Origin: Candidatus Algichlamydia australiensis
GTDB taxonomy: Bacteria > Chlamydiota > Chlamydiia > Chlamydiales > JAJFMI01
Reading direction: 5' to 3'
Assembly: GCA_033977065.1 (NCBI GenBank)
Contig: JAXCHI010000004.1
Coordinates: 320,001-384,000, forward strand
DNA length: 64,000 bases
This document shows positions 28,334-38,629 of the stretch, in pieces; positions within the stretch are counted from its first letter, which is position 1; each line of letters opens with the position of its first letter. Made by a program: the position numbers and the translations under genes. Under the pieces are notes generated by a model. That model made no database searches. It had not been told where the DNA came from and saw only the letters and a program-made list of their open reading frames with translations.

Positions 28334-30490
28334 CTATTCGAGGATTTTGCTAAAAGCCAGAGGCTCTGAGGCTAAAACAAAGGCTGTTGGAGGAAAGTGC
28401 TCTGTACGTGTAAGAAGTTTTTGGTAGTACTCTCCATAAGATTCCGGGGTTTCATCTAGGAGAGGGGGGCGCAGACCAAGAAAAATAAGATCAGCACCAG
28501 AGGAGGACTTTCGCATTGCTTCGGCAAAGAGATCGCCTTGAGCAAGGATCACTTCAGGTGTCAGAGGCAGGCGGCCATTGCAGGAGAGTTCGCGCAGCTT
28601 TTCTAAACTCTGCTCGCGGCTTTTTTCGTTGAAAATGGCGGTTTTCAGGTGGAGTTTTGCTCCGCGCCATTTTCCACTTGTGCGAAGCATGTGTGCAAAA
28701 AGAAGCATCAGTTCAGAGTTTTGCGGGTTAAGGCCTCCCCACCAAACATCAATCTGTTTTGGCTTTAAAGAGAAGGGGGAGCCTTCTTGAACAAGAATCA
28801 CATTTTTCTGTTCTCTGTAGGCGGTTAAGATTAGCTTTCCATACTCGGTAAATCGGCTCTCTTTGCGAGTTGTACCAAGGACAATGGTGTTAGGAGTGAG
28901 TGGACCAATACCTGCTGCTTGCGCTAGGCTCTTCATTCCATCAAAGAGGTGTGTTGAAGTAAAGGTTTCAACAAGCCCTGAGATGCGCGCCTTTTCCAAG
29001 TAATCTTCCATTTTTTTCTTAAAATTTTCTGCTTTCTGCTGCTCTTCTAAAATAGAGGCAAAGATGAGGAAACCTTGTCCATGGGTAAGGTCGTGAGTAA
29101 GCTCCATTAGGCTTTGGCGCGAGAAGGGATCTTCTAGAAAGACAAGTAAGTTGGGGCGCCACGACTTGGTCGATTTTTTCATGCGAGCAAGACCATAGAT
29201 GGAGAGGCGCGAGAAGAAGACAAGTAGCGCTTCTCGAAGATCATCGAGTTCAAAAAGTGTTTGCCGGCGCGCAGCAATGAAATAGATAGCTACCACACTC
29301 ATGAAGGCGAGTAGGGAGTGACTGGCGTCGATAAGAAGCATTACAGCAACCGCTAGCAGGGTGCCAAAAAAGGAGATGTACCATGGAAAGCGGAAAGTTG
29401 GCCGCCAGCTGGGGCTATCAAGTATTCCTTCAAAACTTGTAGCGAGGTTGAGCATAGCGTAAGAGATGAGGAAAAACATGGAGAGAACAGGAGCAATTTG
29501 ATCGATCGATCCAAGAAGAAGTCCTGCCATGACAAAAAGAGCTGTGATAACAATTGGCAATCTAATTGAGCGTCCTGCCATCCAGCGGGGTGCGATGCCA
29601 TCTTCAGCAAGCGCGCTAAGTGTTCTTGGAGCGCCAAGCATACAGGAGAGAGATGAGGAGAGTGTTGCCCCCCAGATTCCAATCAATATGAACTCTTTGA
29701 TTAGGGCAATCTCTTCCATGATCATGGGGTGTGAGATGAGCAAATCTGCAGAGACGCGCGAGGAAAGAAAGAGAGCGAGGAGAAGGTAGCTAATGTATCC
29801 AACCACTACAGCTGCAATGGTTCCCATAGGAAGCGAACGCGCAGGATTTTTTAAGTCTCCCGACATGGAGATTCCCGCCTCTATTCCTGTAACTGCAGGA
29901 AAAAATAGGGCGAAAAGGGGCCAAAAACTAATTTTTGGTATCTCTACAATTTCTGTTGAAATGGGTGTTGCGCGGCCCATAGCAAGTGAGAAGAGGGAGA
30001 TAATGATGAGCCCGAAAATGATCAGCTGACTTTTCAGAGCAATATCTGTGGAGATAAGGGCTAATGTTGTGATCAAGCTGAGCGTTGCGATCTCAATTAC
30101 TTTTGGGGAGAGAAAGGGAAGAACCCCCGTAACCGTTTCGACAAAACCTGAAATGTAAAAAGAAATAGATAGCGCCTGAGCTAAAAAAAGGGGAATACCA
30201 ATAGCACTCCCAATTTTAATTCCAAAAGTGCGCGAGAGAATGTAGTAGACGCCTCCTGAACCGATCCGCATATTTGTTGCAATAGAGGAGAGGGAGAAGG
30301 CGGTGATGAGAGTAATAAGCGAACTTAAAGAGATGATTCCAACGGTCATCCAGGGGCCTGCTACACCTACAATCCAGCCAAGTCTCAAATAAAGAATTAC
30401 CCCAAATATCGTAAGAACGCTGGGAAGAAAGACACCGGTGAAGGTACCAAACTTCGGAGAGGTAGTAAGGGTTTCTGTCTTTGTAGTCAT
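28334..30490 (-). CDS. Cation-chloride cotransporter (SLC12/CCC) family permease
   Basis: FGTFTGVF, GVILYLRLGW, FFPAVTGI, SGDLKNP, WRPNLLV and IDVWWG motifs. Confidence 0.92.
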   Translation of the reverse strand: MTTKTETLTTSPKFGTFTGVFLPSVLTIFGVILYLRLGWIVGVAGPWMTVGIISLSSLITLITAFSLSSIATNMRIGSGGVYYILSRTFGIKIGSAIGIPLFLAQALSISFYISGFVETVTGVLPFLSPKVIEIATLSLITTLALISTDIALKSQLIIFGLIIISLFSLAMGRATPISTEIVEIPKISFWPLFALFFPAVTGIEAGISMSGDLKNPARSLPMGTIAAVVVGYISYLLLALFLSSRVSADLLISHPMIMEEIALIKEFILIGIWGATLSSSLSCMLGAPRTLSALAEDGIAPRWMAGRSIRLPIVITALFVMAGLLLGSIDQIAPVLSMFFLISYAMLNLATSFEGILDSPSWRPTFRFPWYISFFGTLLAVAVMLLIDASHSLLAFMSVVAIYFIAARRQTLFELDDLREALLVFFSRLSIYGLARMKKSTKSWRPNLLVFLEDPFSRQSLMELTHDLTHGQGFLIFASILEEQQKAENFKKKMEDYLEKARISGLVETFTSTHLFDGMKSLAQAAGIGPLTPNTIVLGTTRKESRFTEYGKLILTAYREQKNVILVQEGSPFSLKPKQIDVWWGGLNPQNSELMLLFAHMLRTSGKWRGAKLHLKTAIFNEKSREQSLEKLRELSCNGRLPLTPEVILAQGDLFAEAMRKSSSGADLIFLGLRPPLLDETPESYGEYYQKLLTRTEHFPPTAFVLASEPLAFSKILE

Positions 30491-30491
30491 T

Positions 30492-31334
30492 CTAAATATT
30501 GAGTTTTCCTGCCCAGCCAAGCTTGCTTCTTAGGGTAGAGAAGTAGTCTCTTCGGTGGAGGTTTACTAGTTTAAACTTTCTTGCACTTTTACTCACGCGA
30601 TATTGCTCATTTTTTTCTAATTCAAAAGTTTTTAACCCATCAGAAATAATTTCAATTGGCTCATTTGTACTTAGATATTCAATACTTAAATTTGAATTTG
30701 TCGGAAGAACAATTGGCCGATTTGAGATGGTGTGAGCAGAAATGGGGGTAATTACAAGAGCATCAAGCATCGGGCTGATAATAGGGCCGCCAGCAGCAAG
30801 GGAGTAGGCTGTAGAGCCGTTGGGAGTTGCGATGATTACGCCGTCAGCTTTAAAGTTTGTAAGATAGACATCATCGATATGAATAGATAGTTCAATCAAA
30901 CTGGGGTTACGAGCCCGGTGAAAGACGATATCATTTACAGCAAACGACTCCTCTCCGCGATTGGATTCACCGCGTAGAACGGTGCGCTCTTCAACGGTAT
31001 ACTCTCCCTTGAGAAGGTCATCCAAACTGGGAAAGAGATCGGGAATAGGAACATCGGCCATGAATCCAAGCTGACCCAAATTGATTCCTAAGATCGGCGC
31101 TTCGATATCAGCATACTCATGATAGATTTTTAAAATGGTACCATCGCCGCCAAGAGTGAGGATAAAATCAATTTCTGAATTTTCGACATTAGAGAGCATC
31201 TCGCAACCAAGCTCTGATGCTTCTGCATCTTCTGCAACGACGGTCACGGAGTGCCTTGCAAAAAACTCTAAAATTTCTTCACAAACCTCTTGAAAATCGG
31301 GTTTGCTTTTATTGGGGAATAAGAGAATCATCAT
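30492..31334 (-). CDS. nadK: NAD kinase
   Basis: LGGDGT, AVND and TPNGSTAYSLAAGG motifs. Confidence 0.96.
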   Translation of the reverse strand: MMILLFPNKSKPDFQEVCEEILEFFARHSVTVVAEDAEASELGCEMLSNVENSEIDFILTLGGDGTILKIYHEYADIEAPILGINLGQLGFMADVPIPDLFPSLDDLLKGEYTVEERTVLRGESNRGEESFAVNDIVFHRARNPSLIELSIHIDDVYLTNFKADGVIIATPNGSTAYSLAAGGPIISPMLDALVITPISAHTISNRPIVLPTNSNLSIEYLSTNEPIEIISDGLKTFELEKNEQYRVSKSARKFKLVNLHRRDYFSTLRSKLGWAGKLNI

Positions 31335-33147
31335 GGGAGACCACTCTGTTTGCTATTTGCTCTGCTGTTAATTCTATCTCTCTCAGCAGACTTTTGCGAT
31401 CGCCATGTTCCACATAGCGATCAGGCACACCGATAGTTTGGAGCTGCACATTTTTAACCCCTTCACGCACCATCCAGTTCGATACTTCGGCACCGAGGCC
31501 ACTGTTAACAGCGTGCTCTTCAATTGTGATGAGGCGCTTATGAGTAAGCGCAATGGAGTAGAGCATCTCCTCATCAAGCGGTTTGACAAAGATGGGATCG
31601 ATAATTGTGGGTTCATATCCTTGCTTGCGCAAAATCTCTGCCACGTCAAATGCGGTGTCGACCATATGACCAAGAGCAATAATCGCAATCTCTTTTCCGG
31701 CAACAAGAACTTCACTTTTTCCCAATTTGCGTTTTTGTTTAATTTCTCCGCTCTCTGTCAGCATATTTGGATAGCGAATCGCAACAGGACGCTTCCATTC
31801 GAATGCGACCTCCATTAGCTCGCGTAAAACTTCACCTGAGCGTGGCACGGCAATGACCATATTGGGCATCGCGCGTAAGAATGAGAGGTCATAAATTCCA
31901 TGGTGGGTGCAGCCATCTGCGGCAGAAAGTGAGCTACGATCAATTGCGAAAAGAACAGGTAGGCGTTGCAAACAGACATCGTGAAAGAGATTGTCAAAGG
32001 CGCGCATTAAAAAAGTGGAGTAGACAGCGACAACAACTTTGCGATCTCCCTCTTTAGCAAGACCGCCAGCAAAAGTTACTGCGTGCCCTTCAGCAATCCC
32101 CACATCTTTGCAGCGGGTAGGAAATTTTTCAATCATCTCAAGAAGTGCTGACCCAACTGGTGTAGCGGGGGAGACTACATAAATCTCTGGATCTTTCTCC
32201 GCCATCTCTACAATTTGTTTTCCAAAAACTTTTGGAAAGCTGGGGCTCGATGCTTTTTTTGCATTTGTCGGTTTGACCCCGTGGTAGGTGATCGGATCCT
32301 TTTCCGCTTCGTAGACGCCTTTTCCTTTGGTTGTGTGTAAATGGACAATCGTCGCTTTTTTTGTATTTTTTAGTTGCTCAAACGTCTCAATCATCTGTGG
32401 AATATTGTGCCCATCAATGGGACCCACGTAGGAAAGCTCAAACTGTTCAAAAAAGAGGGCAGGGCTGACCAAATTTTTAATCGACTCTTTGATTTTTCGC
32501 CCACCACGCATCACTTTTTCACCAACACCTGGAATCGCTTGAAGAGCTTTTTTAATTCCTTGGTAGGTACTGTTGGAAGTAGGGTTGTTGAGAACGCGAC
32601 TTAAAATTTGTGTGATGGCTCCCTGGTTTTCATAAATTGACATCTCATTATCGTTCAAAATTGTAATGAAGCGGCCCAATTCTTGAGGAACGTTATTGAA
32701 TGCTTCTAAAGTCAATCCGCAAGTCAAATTTCCATCACCTACAATGGGAATAATGTGCTCTTTGCTGCCTCGTAAATCGCGCGCTGTCGCCATTCCGAGC
32801 CCAAGAGAGACCGCCGTACCTGCATGACCGGCGTAAAAATGGTCGTGAGGGGACTCATTGGGGTGAGTAAAGCCGCAAAGACCTTTGTATGTGCGAATCG
32901 TGTCAAATTGCTTGTCCCGGCCAGTAAGTATTTTATGTGGATAAGATTGGTGACTCGTATCAAAAATAAACTTATCACGTGGAGAGTCGAAGACGTAGTG
33001 GAGGGCAATAATAAAATCTACAGAGCCTAGGTTCGAGGCTAGATGACCCCCATTTTTGCCCATCACATCAGTGATGCGTTGACGAATATCTTTAGAGAGT
33101 TCTTCAAGCTGTCTGTAACTTAAATTTTTAAGAGAGTGGTTGTCCAT
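31309..33147 (-). CDS. dxs: 1-deoxy-D-xylulose-5-phosphate synthase
   Basis: [24 protein letters not shown] and AIRYP motifs. Confidence 0.96.
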   Translation of the reverse strand: MDNHSLKNLSYRQLEELSKDIRQRITDVMGKNGGHLASNLGSVDFIIALHYVFDSPRDKFIFDTSHQSYPHKILTGRDKQFDTIRTYKGLCGFTHPNESPHDHFYAGHAGTAVSLGLGMATARDLRGSKEHIIPIVGDGNLTCGLTLEAFNNVPQELGRFITILNDNEMSIYENQGAITQILSRVLNNPTSNSTYQGIKKALQAIPGVGEKVMRGGRKIKESIKNLVSPALFFEQFELSYVGPIDGHNIPQMIETFEQLKNTKKATIVHLHTTKGKGVYEAEKDPITYHGVKPTNAKKASSPSFPKVFGKQIVEMAEKDPEIYVVSPATPVGSALLEMIEKFPTRCKDVGIAEGHAVTFAGGLAKEGDRKVVVAVYSTFLMRAFDNLFHDVCLQRLPVLFAIDRSSLSAADGCTHHGIYDLSFLRAMPNMVIAVPRSGEVLRELMEVAFEWKRPVAIRYPNMLTESGEIKQKRKLGKSEVLVAGKEIAIIALGHMVDTAFDVAEILRKQGYEPTIIDPIFVKPLDEEMLYSIALTHKRLITIEEHAVNSGLGAEVSNWMVREGVKNVQLQTIGVPDRYVEHGDRKSLLREIELTAEQIANRVVSHDDSLIPQ

Positions 33148-33376
33148 TTTGTGGCTCGTAGGGAGTAAGTTCAGGTTCACCTTTGCGGTTTTTGATTAAC
33201 ATTTCAATTTTTTTCTCCGCTGTTGTGAGCTTTCCGAGCGCTGATTTGATTAACCCGTCTGCCTCTTCATAGAGTTTCAAAGAGTCATCAAGGGGAGTTT
33301 CTCCCGAATTGAGTTTATCTAAAATCTCTTCTAATCGTGAGTAAGCCGTTTCAAAAGAAAAATTTTTATTTTGCAT
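33128..33376 (-). CDS. xseB: Exonuclease VII small subunit
   Basis: [11 protein letters not shown]...[10 protein letters not shown]; lies downstream of xseA. Confidence 0.93.
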   Translation of the reverse strand: MQNKNFSFETAYSRLEEILDKLNSGETPLDDSLKLYEEADGLIKSALGKLTTAEKKIEMLIKNRKGEPELTPYEPQNGQPLS

Positions 33377-34700
33377 GTATCTCCTCCACAGTGGAAATCA
33401 ATTCGCCGTCATGAAAGAGAAGTCTAACTCGTTCTCCTACAGTGGCGGATGAAGAGTTCATCATAATCGAATTTTCCTTTTGCGTAAAAGGAATGCAGTA
33501 CCCTTTTTGTAAAATGTTCTTTGGATGCATCGCTTTGAACTGCAAATAGAGTGCTCGCAAGCTCTCTCGACGCTTTTCAAGATAAGTTTTTATGCATTGA
33601 TCGAGCGCTGTTTCATATCTTGAAACCTCTTTTTTGTGGAGAGTCACTTGATGACTCGGTTTGAATCCTGCAAGCTGGCGCTGCATGCCATTTAAGCGAA
33701 TTTTTTCTTGACCTAAGGTGTTTTTGGCCCACTGATCAAGGCGAAAGTTGATCTCATCAATTTTTTGAGAGTAGATTCCCAAAAGAGCAAAAGGATCCCG
33801 CATCAAAGGCTGAGATAAAATCTTTTCTAAGCGCAACTGTAAACTTTTATGTTGATGCAAGATATGAGTTTCCATCTGCTTTTTCATTTGTAGCAGTCGA
33901 TCGATCATTTGCTGCTTTTCGCCCAATACAATTTCGGCAGCAGCTGAAGGAGTTGGGGCGCGCACATCCGCTACAAAGTCACAAATAGAAAAATCAGTCT
34001 CATGGCCTACAGCGGAAACAACCGGAATTTCTGAACGGTGGACAGCTTCTGCAACGCACGCCTCATTAAATGGCCAGAGATCTTCTAAAGATCCTCCTCC
34101 GCGCCCGACAATCATCACATCACAAAGCTTTAAGTGATTTAAGACATTGATGGCACCTGCAATCTCTTCAGCAGCGCCTTTTCCCTGCACTCTTGCTGGC
34201 ACTAAAACCAAGCGAAATCCACCATGTCGCCTGGTAAGCACGTTAATAATGTCTTGGATGACAGCGCCTGTGGGACTTGTGACAACTCCAATGACCTTGG
34301 GAAAAGGAGGCAGAGGTTTTTTCTTCTCTTTGTCGAAGTACCCCAAACTCTCTAGCTTTTTCTTGCGCTCATGGAGCTGCATGAGCAATTCACCTACGCC
34401 TGCATACTCAAGCTTGCGCACAATCAATTGGTAGCCGCCGCGAGGGGGGTAAATATTGAGTTCCCCGTGGAGAATTACTTCATCACCCGGTTTCGGTTTT
34501 TTGCCAAGTTTCTCTGCTGCACCGCGAAAAAGCACAGCAGGAAGTTGTGCTCCCGCATCTTTTACACTAAAGTAGATGTGACCCGAAGCCTGAGCGCGAT
34601 AATTTGTAATTTCACCCTTTACCACAACGTTAGCAAAGTAGGGCTCTAAGCGATTTTTAATCGCCTGCGTCAGCTGAGTGACAGAAAGTGGAGTGCTCAA
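33366..34700 (-). CDS. xseA: Exonuclease VII large subunit
   Basis: [22 protein letters not shown] and APTPSAAAE motifs. Confidence 0.97.
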   Translation of the reverse strand: MSTPLSVTQLTQAIKNRLEPYFANVVVKGEITNYRAQASGHIYFSVKDAGAQLPAVLFRGAAEKLGKKPKPGDEVILHGELNIYPPRGGYQLIVRKLEYAGVGELLMQLHERKKKLESLGYFDKEKKKPLPPFPKVIGVVTSPTGAVIQDIINVLTRRHGGFRLVLVPARVQGKGAAEEIAGAINVLNHLKLCDVMIVGRGGGSLEDLWPFNEACVAEAVHRSEIPVVSAVGHETDFSICDFVADVRAPTPSAAAEIVLGEKQQMIDRLLQMKKQMETHILHQHKSLQLRLEKILSQPLMRDPFALLGIYSQKIDEINFRLDQWAKNTLGQEKIRLNGMQRQLAGFKPSHQVTLHKKEVSRYETALDQCIKTYLEKRRESLRALYLQFKAMHPKNILQKGYCIPFTQKENSIMMNSSSATVGERVRLLFHDGELISTVEEIHAK

Positions 34701-34906
34701 TCGTAACCTCGTGATTTGTTCTTCTTTATTTTAACTCGATGTTTTAATGATTTTTCTGTCCTGTTTTGAGGTGGTGGTGGGACAGCAAATGTTTTACTTG
34801 GAACTCCACTACTTTTTGGGTTTTTCGGGTGAAATCTTGAGCAAAAACAAGCTAAAGGGATTGCAGACTTAGGAAGAGGGCATCTTCTCATTGCACTTGC
34901 GATCAT
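34697..34906 (-). CDS. Small basic hypothetical protein
   Basis: GGAG lies 7 nt before the ATG, and the stop overlaps the xseA TTG start (TTGA). Confidence 0.45.
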   Translation of the reverse strand: MIASAMRRCPLPKSAIPLACFCSRFHPKNPKSSGVPSKTFAVPPPPQNRTEKSLKHRVKIKKNKSRGYD

Positions 34907-34961
34907 AAAATTTCTCCACGTTGAAACTAACGAATATAGGGTTTTTCCCTTCTATGCGCAA

Positions 34962-35025
34962 GCAAACACTGAAGCGGGTGCTTTGCCGATAGGTGGAGCT
35001 GAAAATTCTAAAAAAGAGTTTTTGC
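34962..35025 (+). repeat. MITE family C, degenerate left part
   Basis: CCGATAGGTGGAGCTGAAAATTCTAAAAAAG matches family C. Confidence 0.65.
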
Positions 35026-35197
35026 AGTATCATTAGCCCATCAACATGTTCTTGTTCAGGGGAAGACTCACGCTGAAATTATAAGTATTGATACAGGCCT
35101 TTCTGACCATCGCGCTCTTAAGGCAAAAATAAAATTTTAATTCTTCTCCATATTTGGTGATTGAAAACTTAATTACTGAACGCTATACTGGGGCGTG

Positions 35198-35938
35198 ATG
35201 GAACCGATCATTATCGCAAACTGGAAGATGCACAAGACCCATGAAGAGGCGCGCAGCTTTATCGAGGGATTAAAACCGCTTATAGCTGGTAAAAAAGCGT
35301 GGATTGCCTCCCCTTTTACGGCTATCTCTTCTGCTGTTGTTGCTGCGGAGGGGAGTGAGATTATGATTGGTGCTCAGAACATGCATGATGCGCTGCAGGG
35401 CGCTTTCACAGGCCAGATCTCAGCATCTATGCTCAAGGCCCATGGAGTTAAATTTGTTTTATTAGGTCATTCAGAGTGTCGCCATATTTTTAACGAGTCT
35501 GATGATCTTATTCGTCGCAAGCTAGAGCGCGCGTTGATGGAGGGACTTATCCCTGTGCTCTGTATTGGTGAGACTCTTAAAGAGCGGGAATCAGATCAAA
35601 CACATGCGGTTTTGAGAAGACAGTTAATGAGCGCTTTAGAGGGCACTACAGATTTTACACCTCTAATTGTCGCCTATGAGCCCGTTTGGGCAATTGGCAC
35701 AGGAAAAGTGGCGAGTCCAGAGCTGGCACAGGAGGCGCATCTTACGTGCCGTAAGATTTTAGCAGAATTAAGCAGCGAACAGGTCGCTGCAAGTATCCCG
35801 ATTCTCTATGGAGGATCGGTTAAACCAGAAAATATTGCGGGACTGCTTGCGCAGCCCGACGTTGAAGGAGCCTTAGTTGGAGGCGCCTCTTTGGATGTAA
35901 ATAGCTATCACCAACTGCTTTTGGGAGGAACCACATGA
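35198..35938 (+). CDS. tpiA: Triosephosphate isomerase
   Basis: ANWKM, GHSE, AYEPVWAIGTG and LVGGASL motifs. Confidence 0.97.
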   Translation: MEPIIIANWKMHKTHEEARSFIEGLKPLIAGKKAWIASPFTAISSAVVAAEGSEIMIGAQNMHDALQGAFTGQISASMLKAHGVKFVLLGHSECRHIFNESDDLIRRKLERALMEGLIPVLCIGETLKERESDQTHAVLRRQLMSALEGTTDFTPLIVAYEPVWAIGTGKVASPELAQEAHLTCRKILAELSSEQVAASIPILYGGSVKPENIAGLLAQPDVEGALVGGASLDVNSYHQLLLGGTT

Positions 35939-36225
35939 CCATTTTATTTTTTATTGGAATCGCACTCTTTTTGCTTTTAGCTTTTGTGCTCTGTGCTGTA
36001 ATTCTTATTCAAGAGAGCAAGAGCATGGGACTTGGCGCTGCTTTTGGTGGCGATAGTGGAAATGCGCTCTTTGGAACCGACACAGCAGATGTGTTAAAGA
36101 AGTTCACTGCAACGCTTGTTACGATTTTTATGATCTCTTGTATCGTATTGTCACTTTGGTCATCAGCGATGGGTCGCAAAGCTCCTGCGCCGATTCCCAC
36201 TACAATCGAGCAAGTCCAAGAGTAG
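35935..36225 (+). CDS. secG: Preprotein translocase subunit SecG
   Basis: ILIQESKSMGLGAAFGG; two TM helices; follows tpiA. Confidence 0.93.
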   Translation: MTILFFIGIALFLLLAFVLCAVILIQESKSMGLGAAFGGDSGNALFGTDTADVLKKFTATLVTIFMISCIVLSLWSSAMGRKAPAPIPTTIEQVQE

Positions 36226-36250
36226 CATTGGATAGATTATCAGGTTCTAT

Positions 36251-37864
36251 CTAAGGCTTATTTTTTGAAGTAAATTCTTTTACTAGTGAGTTTGAAGCTG
36301 AGTAAAGCTTTCCCTCCCAGCTGTTAATATTGCGAGTTTCAGAAGAAAAATTGACTCCAAGAACAAGCGTATTTTTTTCGCTTTGTACAAATCGTTCTTT
36401 GTATTTTTTTGTCTCTGCCTGAGTAAGAGCAATCTCTGCTGTTTTATCAAGTTTAAGTTCAAAGATACAGATTGCTTCGGGTGTTTCTGTCATTAAATCA
36501 ATACGCCCAATATTGGTTGCGATCTCAGAGCTTGTTCTGACACCAGCAGTTTCCAAGAAAGTGAAAAACACTGCTTGGTAAAATCCCTCTTTTGCGCTGC
36601 TAAAAACATGGTAGGGCATTTTGGCAAAGTGCGTATTAATTATGTTTATGAGGGACGAAATGTCTAATTTTTCTAGGCTTTTTTTAATCTCTAGAGCACT
36701 GCGACTAATTTCAACTGGATCGATTTCCGTAAATTCTTGTAAAAGAGAGTTAAAAAAAGCATTTTTAACTTCTTTATTGGGAAAGTCAATTTTGTAAGAG
36801 CTCTCTTCTGGGTTATATCCTTTAATTGTTAAATACCCTGCTTGGAACATCAGGGCCGCCAGGTTAATTCTGTCTACTCTGCTAATATCCGAGAGCGTGC
36901 TCTCTATTGCAGACTTTCCCCTAAGAGGGATAATTGATTGGGGTTGGTTATTGATTTGGTCAATTAAGAATGAAGGTGTCCCAGAACTGTACCAGTAAGT
37001 TTTTGTCTCTTTTTCATCCATATAATTTAAGGTAGAAAAAGGATTGTAAACATATGTTTCGGCACGAGAGAATCTATAGCCGTTGTACCAAACGCGCAGC
37101 TCATCTAGTATTGCACTTTTAGTGACTTTATACCCCTGTTTTTCTCGGCTTGCAATGACGGATTGGATATGTTGGGGAAAATAGCTTTTAAGTTCATCTT
37201 CGGTGTATCCCATCATCCCAGCGTATCTTGAATCCATAGTGATATCTTTAAGATTATTAGGACCTGAAAAAAGGGAGACTTGAGAGAATTTGCTCACTCC
37301 TGTAACAAATGTAAATTTTAGATAGCGATCTAGACTCTTTAAAGTGGCGAAAAATCCCTTTAGAATATCTCGGTTTTTTTCTGCTGTTTCTGGATGCTTA
37401 AGGTTATTGATAATTGCGTTGTCGTACTCATCAACTAAAACCACCACACGGTTTTTTCGAGATAAATCCTCAACTAAAACTTTTAATTGAAACTGTAGCG
37501 ATGGCCCTTCTACAGAAATCCCGTACAATTCCCCCATTCTCTTTAATTCTGCTGCTAACCCAGCTTCAAGCTGATCTGATGTGGTATTTAAAATTTGAGC
37601 AAAATCAAAATGCAAGATTGGATATTTTTCCCACTTATAATTACTTTTATAGATTTCAAGGCCCTTAAAAAGTTCTTTATTTCCCTTAAAAATCTCTTCT
37701 AGCGTATTGAGGAATAGTGATTTTCCAAACCTTCTGGGGCGAGACATAAAATAGTGCTTCCCAATAGCTATTAAATCTCTAGCAAACCCAGTTTTATCTA
37801 CGTAAATACAATCTTCTTCTAAGATCTCACGAATAGTTTGGATTCCTATGGGTAGTTTCTTCAT
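36251..37864 (-). CDS. AAA-ATPase-like + PD-(D/E)XK nuclease domain protein
   Basis: KLPIGIQ, RPRRFGKS, LVDEYD, YNPFS and GRIDL..IFELK motifs. Confidence 0.9.
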   Translation of the reverse strand: MKKLPIGIQTIREILEEDCIYVDKTGFARDLIAIGKHYFMSRPRRFGKSLFLNTLEEIFKGNKELFKGLEIYKSNYKWEKYPILHFDFAQILNTTSDQLEAGLAAELKRMGELYGISVEGPSLQFQLKVLVEDLSRKNRVVVLVDEYDNAIINNLKHPETAEKNRDILKGFFATLKSLDRYLKFTFVTGVSKFSQVSLFSGPNNLKDITMDSRYAGMMGYTEDELKSYFPQHIQSVIASREKQGYKVTKSAILDELRVWYNGYRFSRAETYVYNPFSTLNYMDEKETKTYWYSSGTPSFLIDQINNQPQSIIPLRGKSAIESTLSDISRVDRINLAALMFQAGYLTIKGYNPEESSYKIDFPNKEVKNAFFNSLLQEFTEIDPVEISRSALEIKKSLEKLDISSLINIINTHFAKMPYHVFSSAKEGFYQAVFFTFLETAGVRTSSEIATNIGRIDLMTETPEAICIFELKLDKTAEIALTQAETKKYKERFVQSEKNTLVLGVNFSSETRNINSWEGKLYSASNSLVKEFTSKNKP

Positions 37865-37997
37865 TGGTTATCAATTCTTTCTGTTGCCCTTTTATTATAA
37901 CTCATAAGTTAAATCGACACAAGGAGATATGTTGTAAGTTGCTTATAATCATAATGATGAATAGGGAAGACTTCTCTCAATTATCTAGATAGCGTCG

Positions 37998-38628
37998 TCA
38001 AAAGGTGCCGCTTGTCTCTAGGGTTAGTTCATCGATTCGTTGAACAAGGCCTGCTACTGACTCTTCAACTGTGAGGTCGCCCTTTCCGCTTGTCATATCG
38101 GTTTTGACATAACCTGGATGAAGAACTGCGACTGCAATCTCTTGCTCTTTTAAGTCTTTTGCTAAGATTGCAGAGACCATGTTAAGCGCGGCTTTTGAGG
38201 GGCGGTAGCCGTATTGTCCTCCGCTTGCCAAGTCCCCAATTGAACCTGCCCGCGACGAGATCATGGCAATTTTCCCTCCCTTTTTTAGTAGCGGAAGAAA
38301 AGCTAAGGAAGTTTTTAACGGGGCAAGAGTATTGACTTCAAACTGCTCTTGAATTGCATTAAAGTCGATATTTTCAAGGGTCATTCTTAAGTATATCCCA
38401 GCGTTGTTAATAAGAAGGTCAAACTGCTTATCAGAGTGCTGCTGTTTTACCCTTTCAAGGGATTTTTCATCGCGTACATCAACGTTCTCTTCGATTGTTA
38501 CATCTAGACTTTTAAGATCTTGACTTGCTTTGCGGCAGAGAGCGAGTGCTTCCCCAACCTCTCTTTTTGTAAGCTTTAGCAAGTGCGAGTCCAATGCCTC
38601 TATTTGCGCCTGTGATAATTACTCTCAT
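37998..38628 (-). pseudogene. Frameshifted short-chain dehydrogenase (CsgA-like SDR)
   Basis: MRVIITGANRGIGL starts at 38628 in a different frame from NNAG and YRPSK. There is an extra G at 38552-38555. Confidence 0.85.
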
Positions 38629-38629
38629 T

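Noticed and set aside
36251..37864. AAA + PD-(D/E)XK gene as a new defence system
   Set aside because: It belongs to a widespread known family and stands alone here with no partner genes.
37998..38000. TGA-as-Trp recoding suggested by the SDR end
   Set aside because: TGA is the normal stop of many intact genes here (pyk, cydA, tpiA), and Trp is encoded by TGG.
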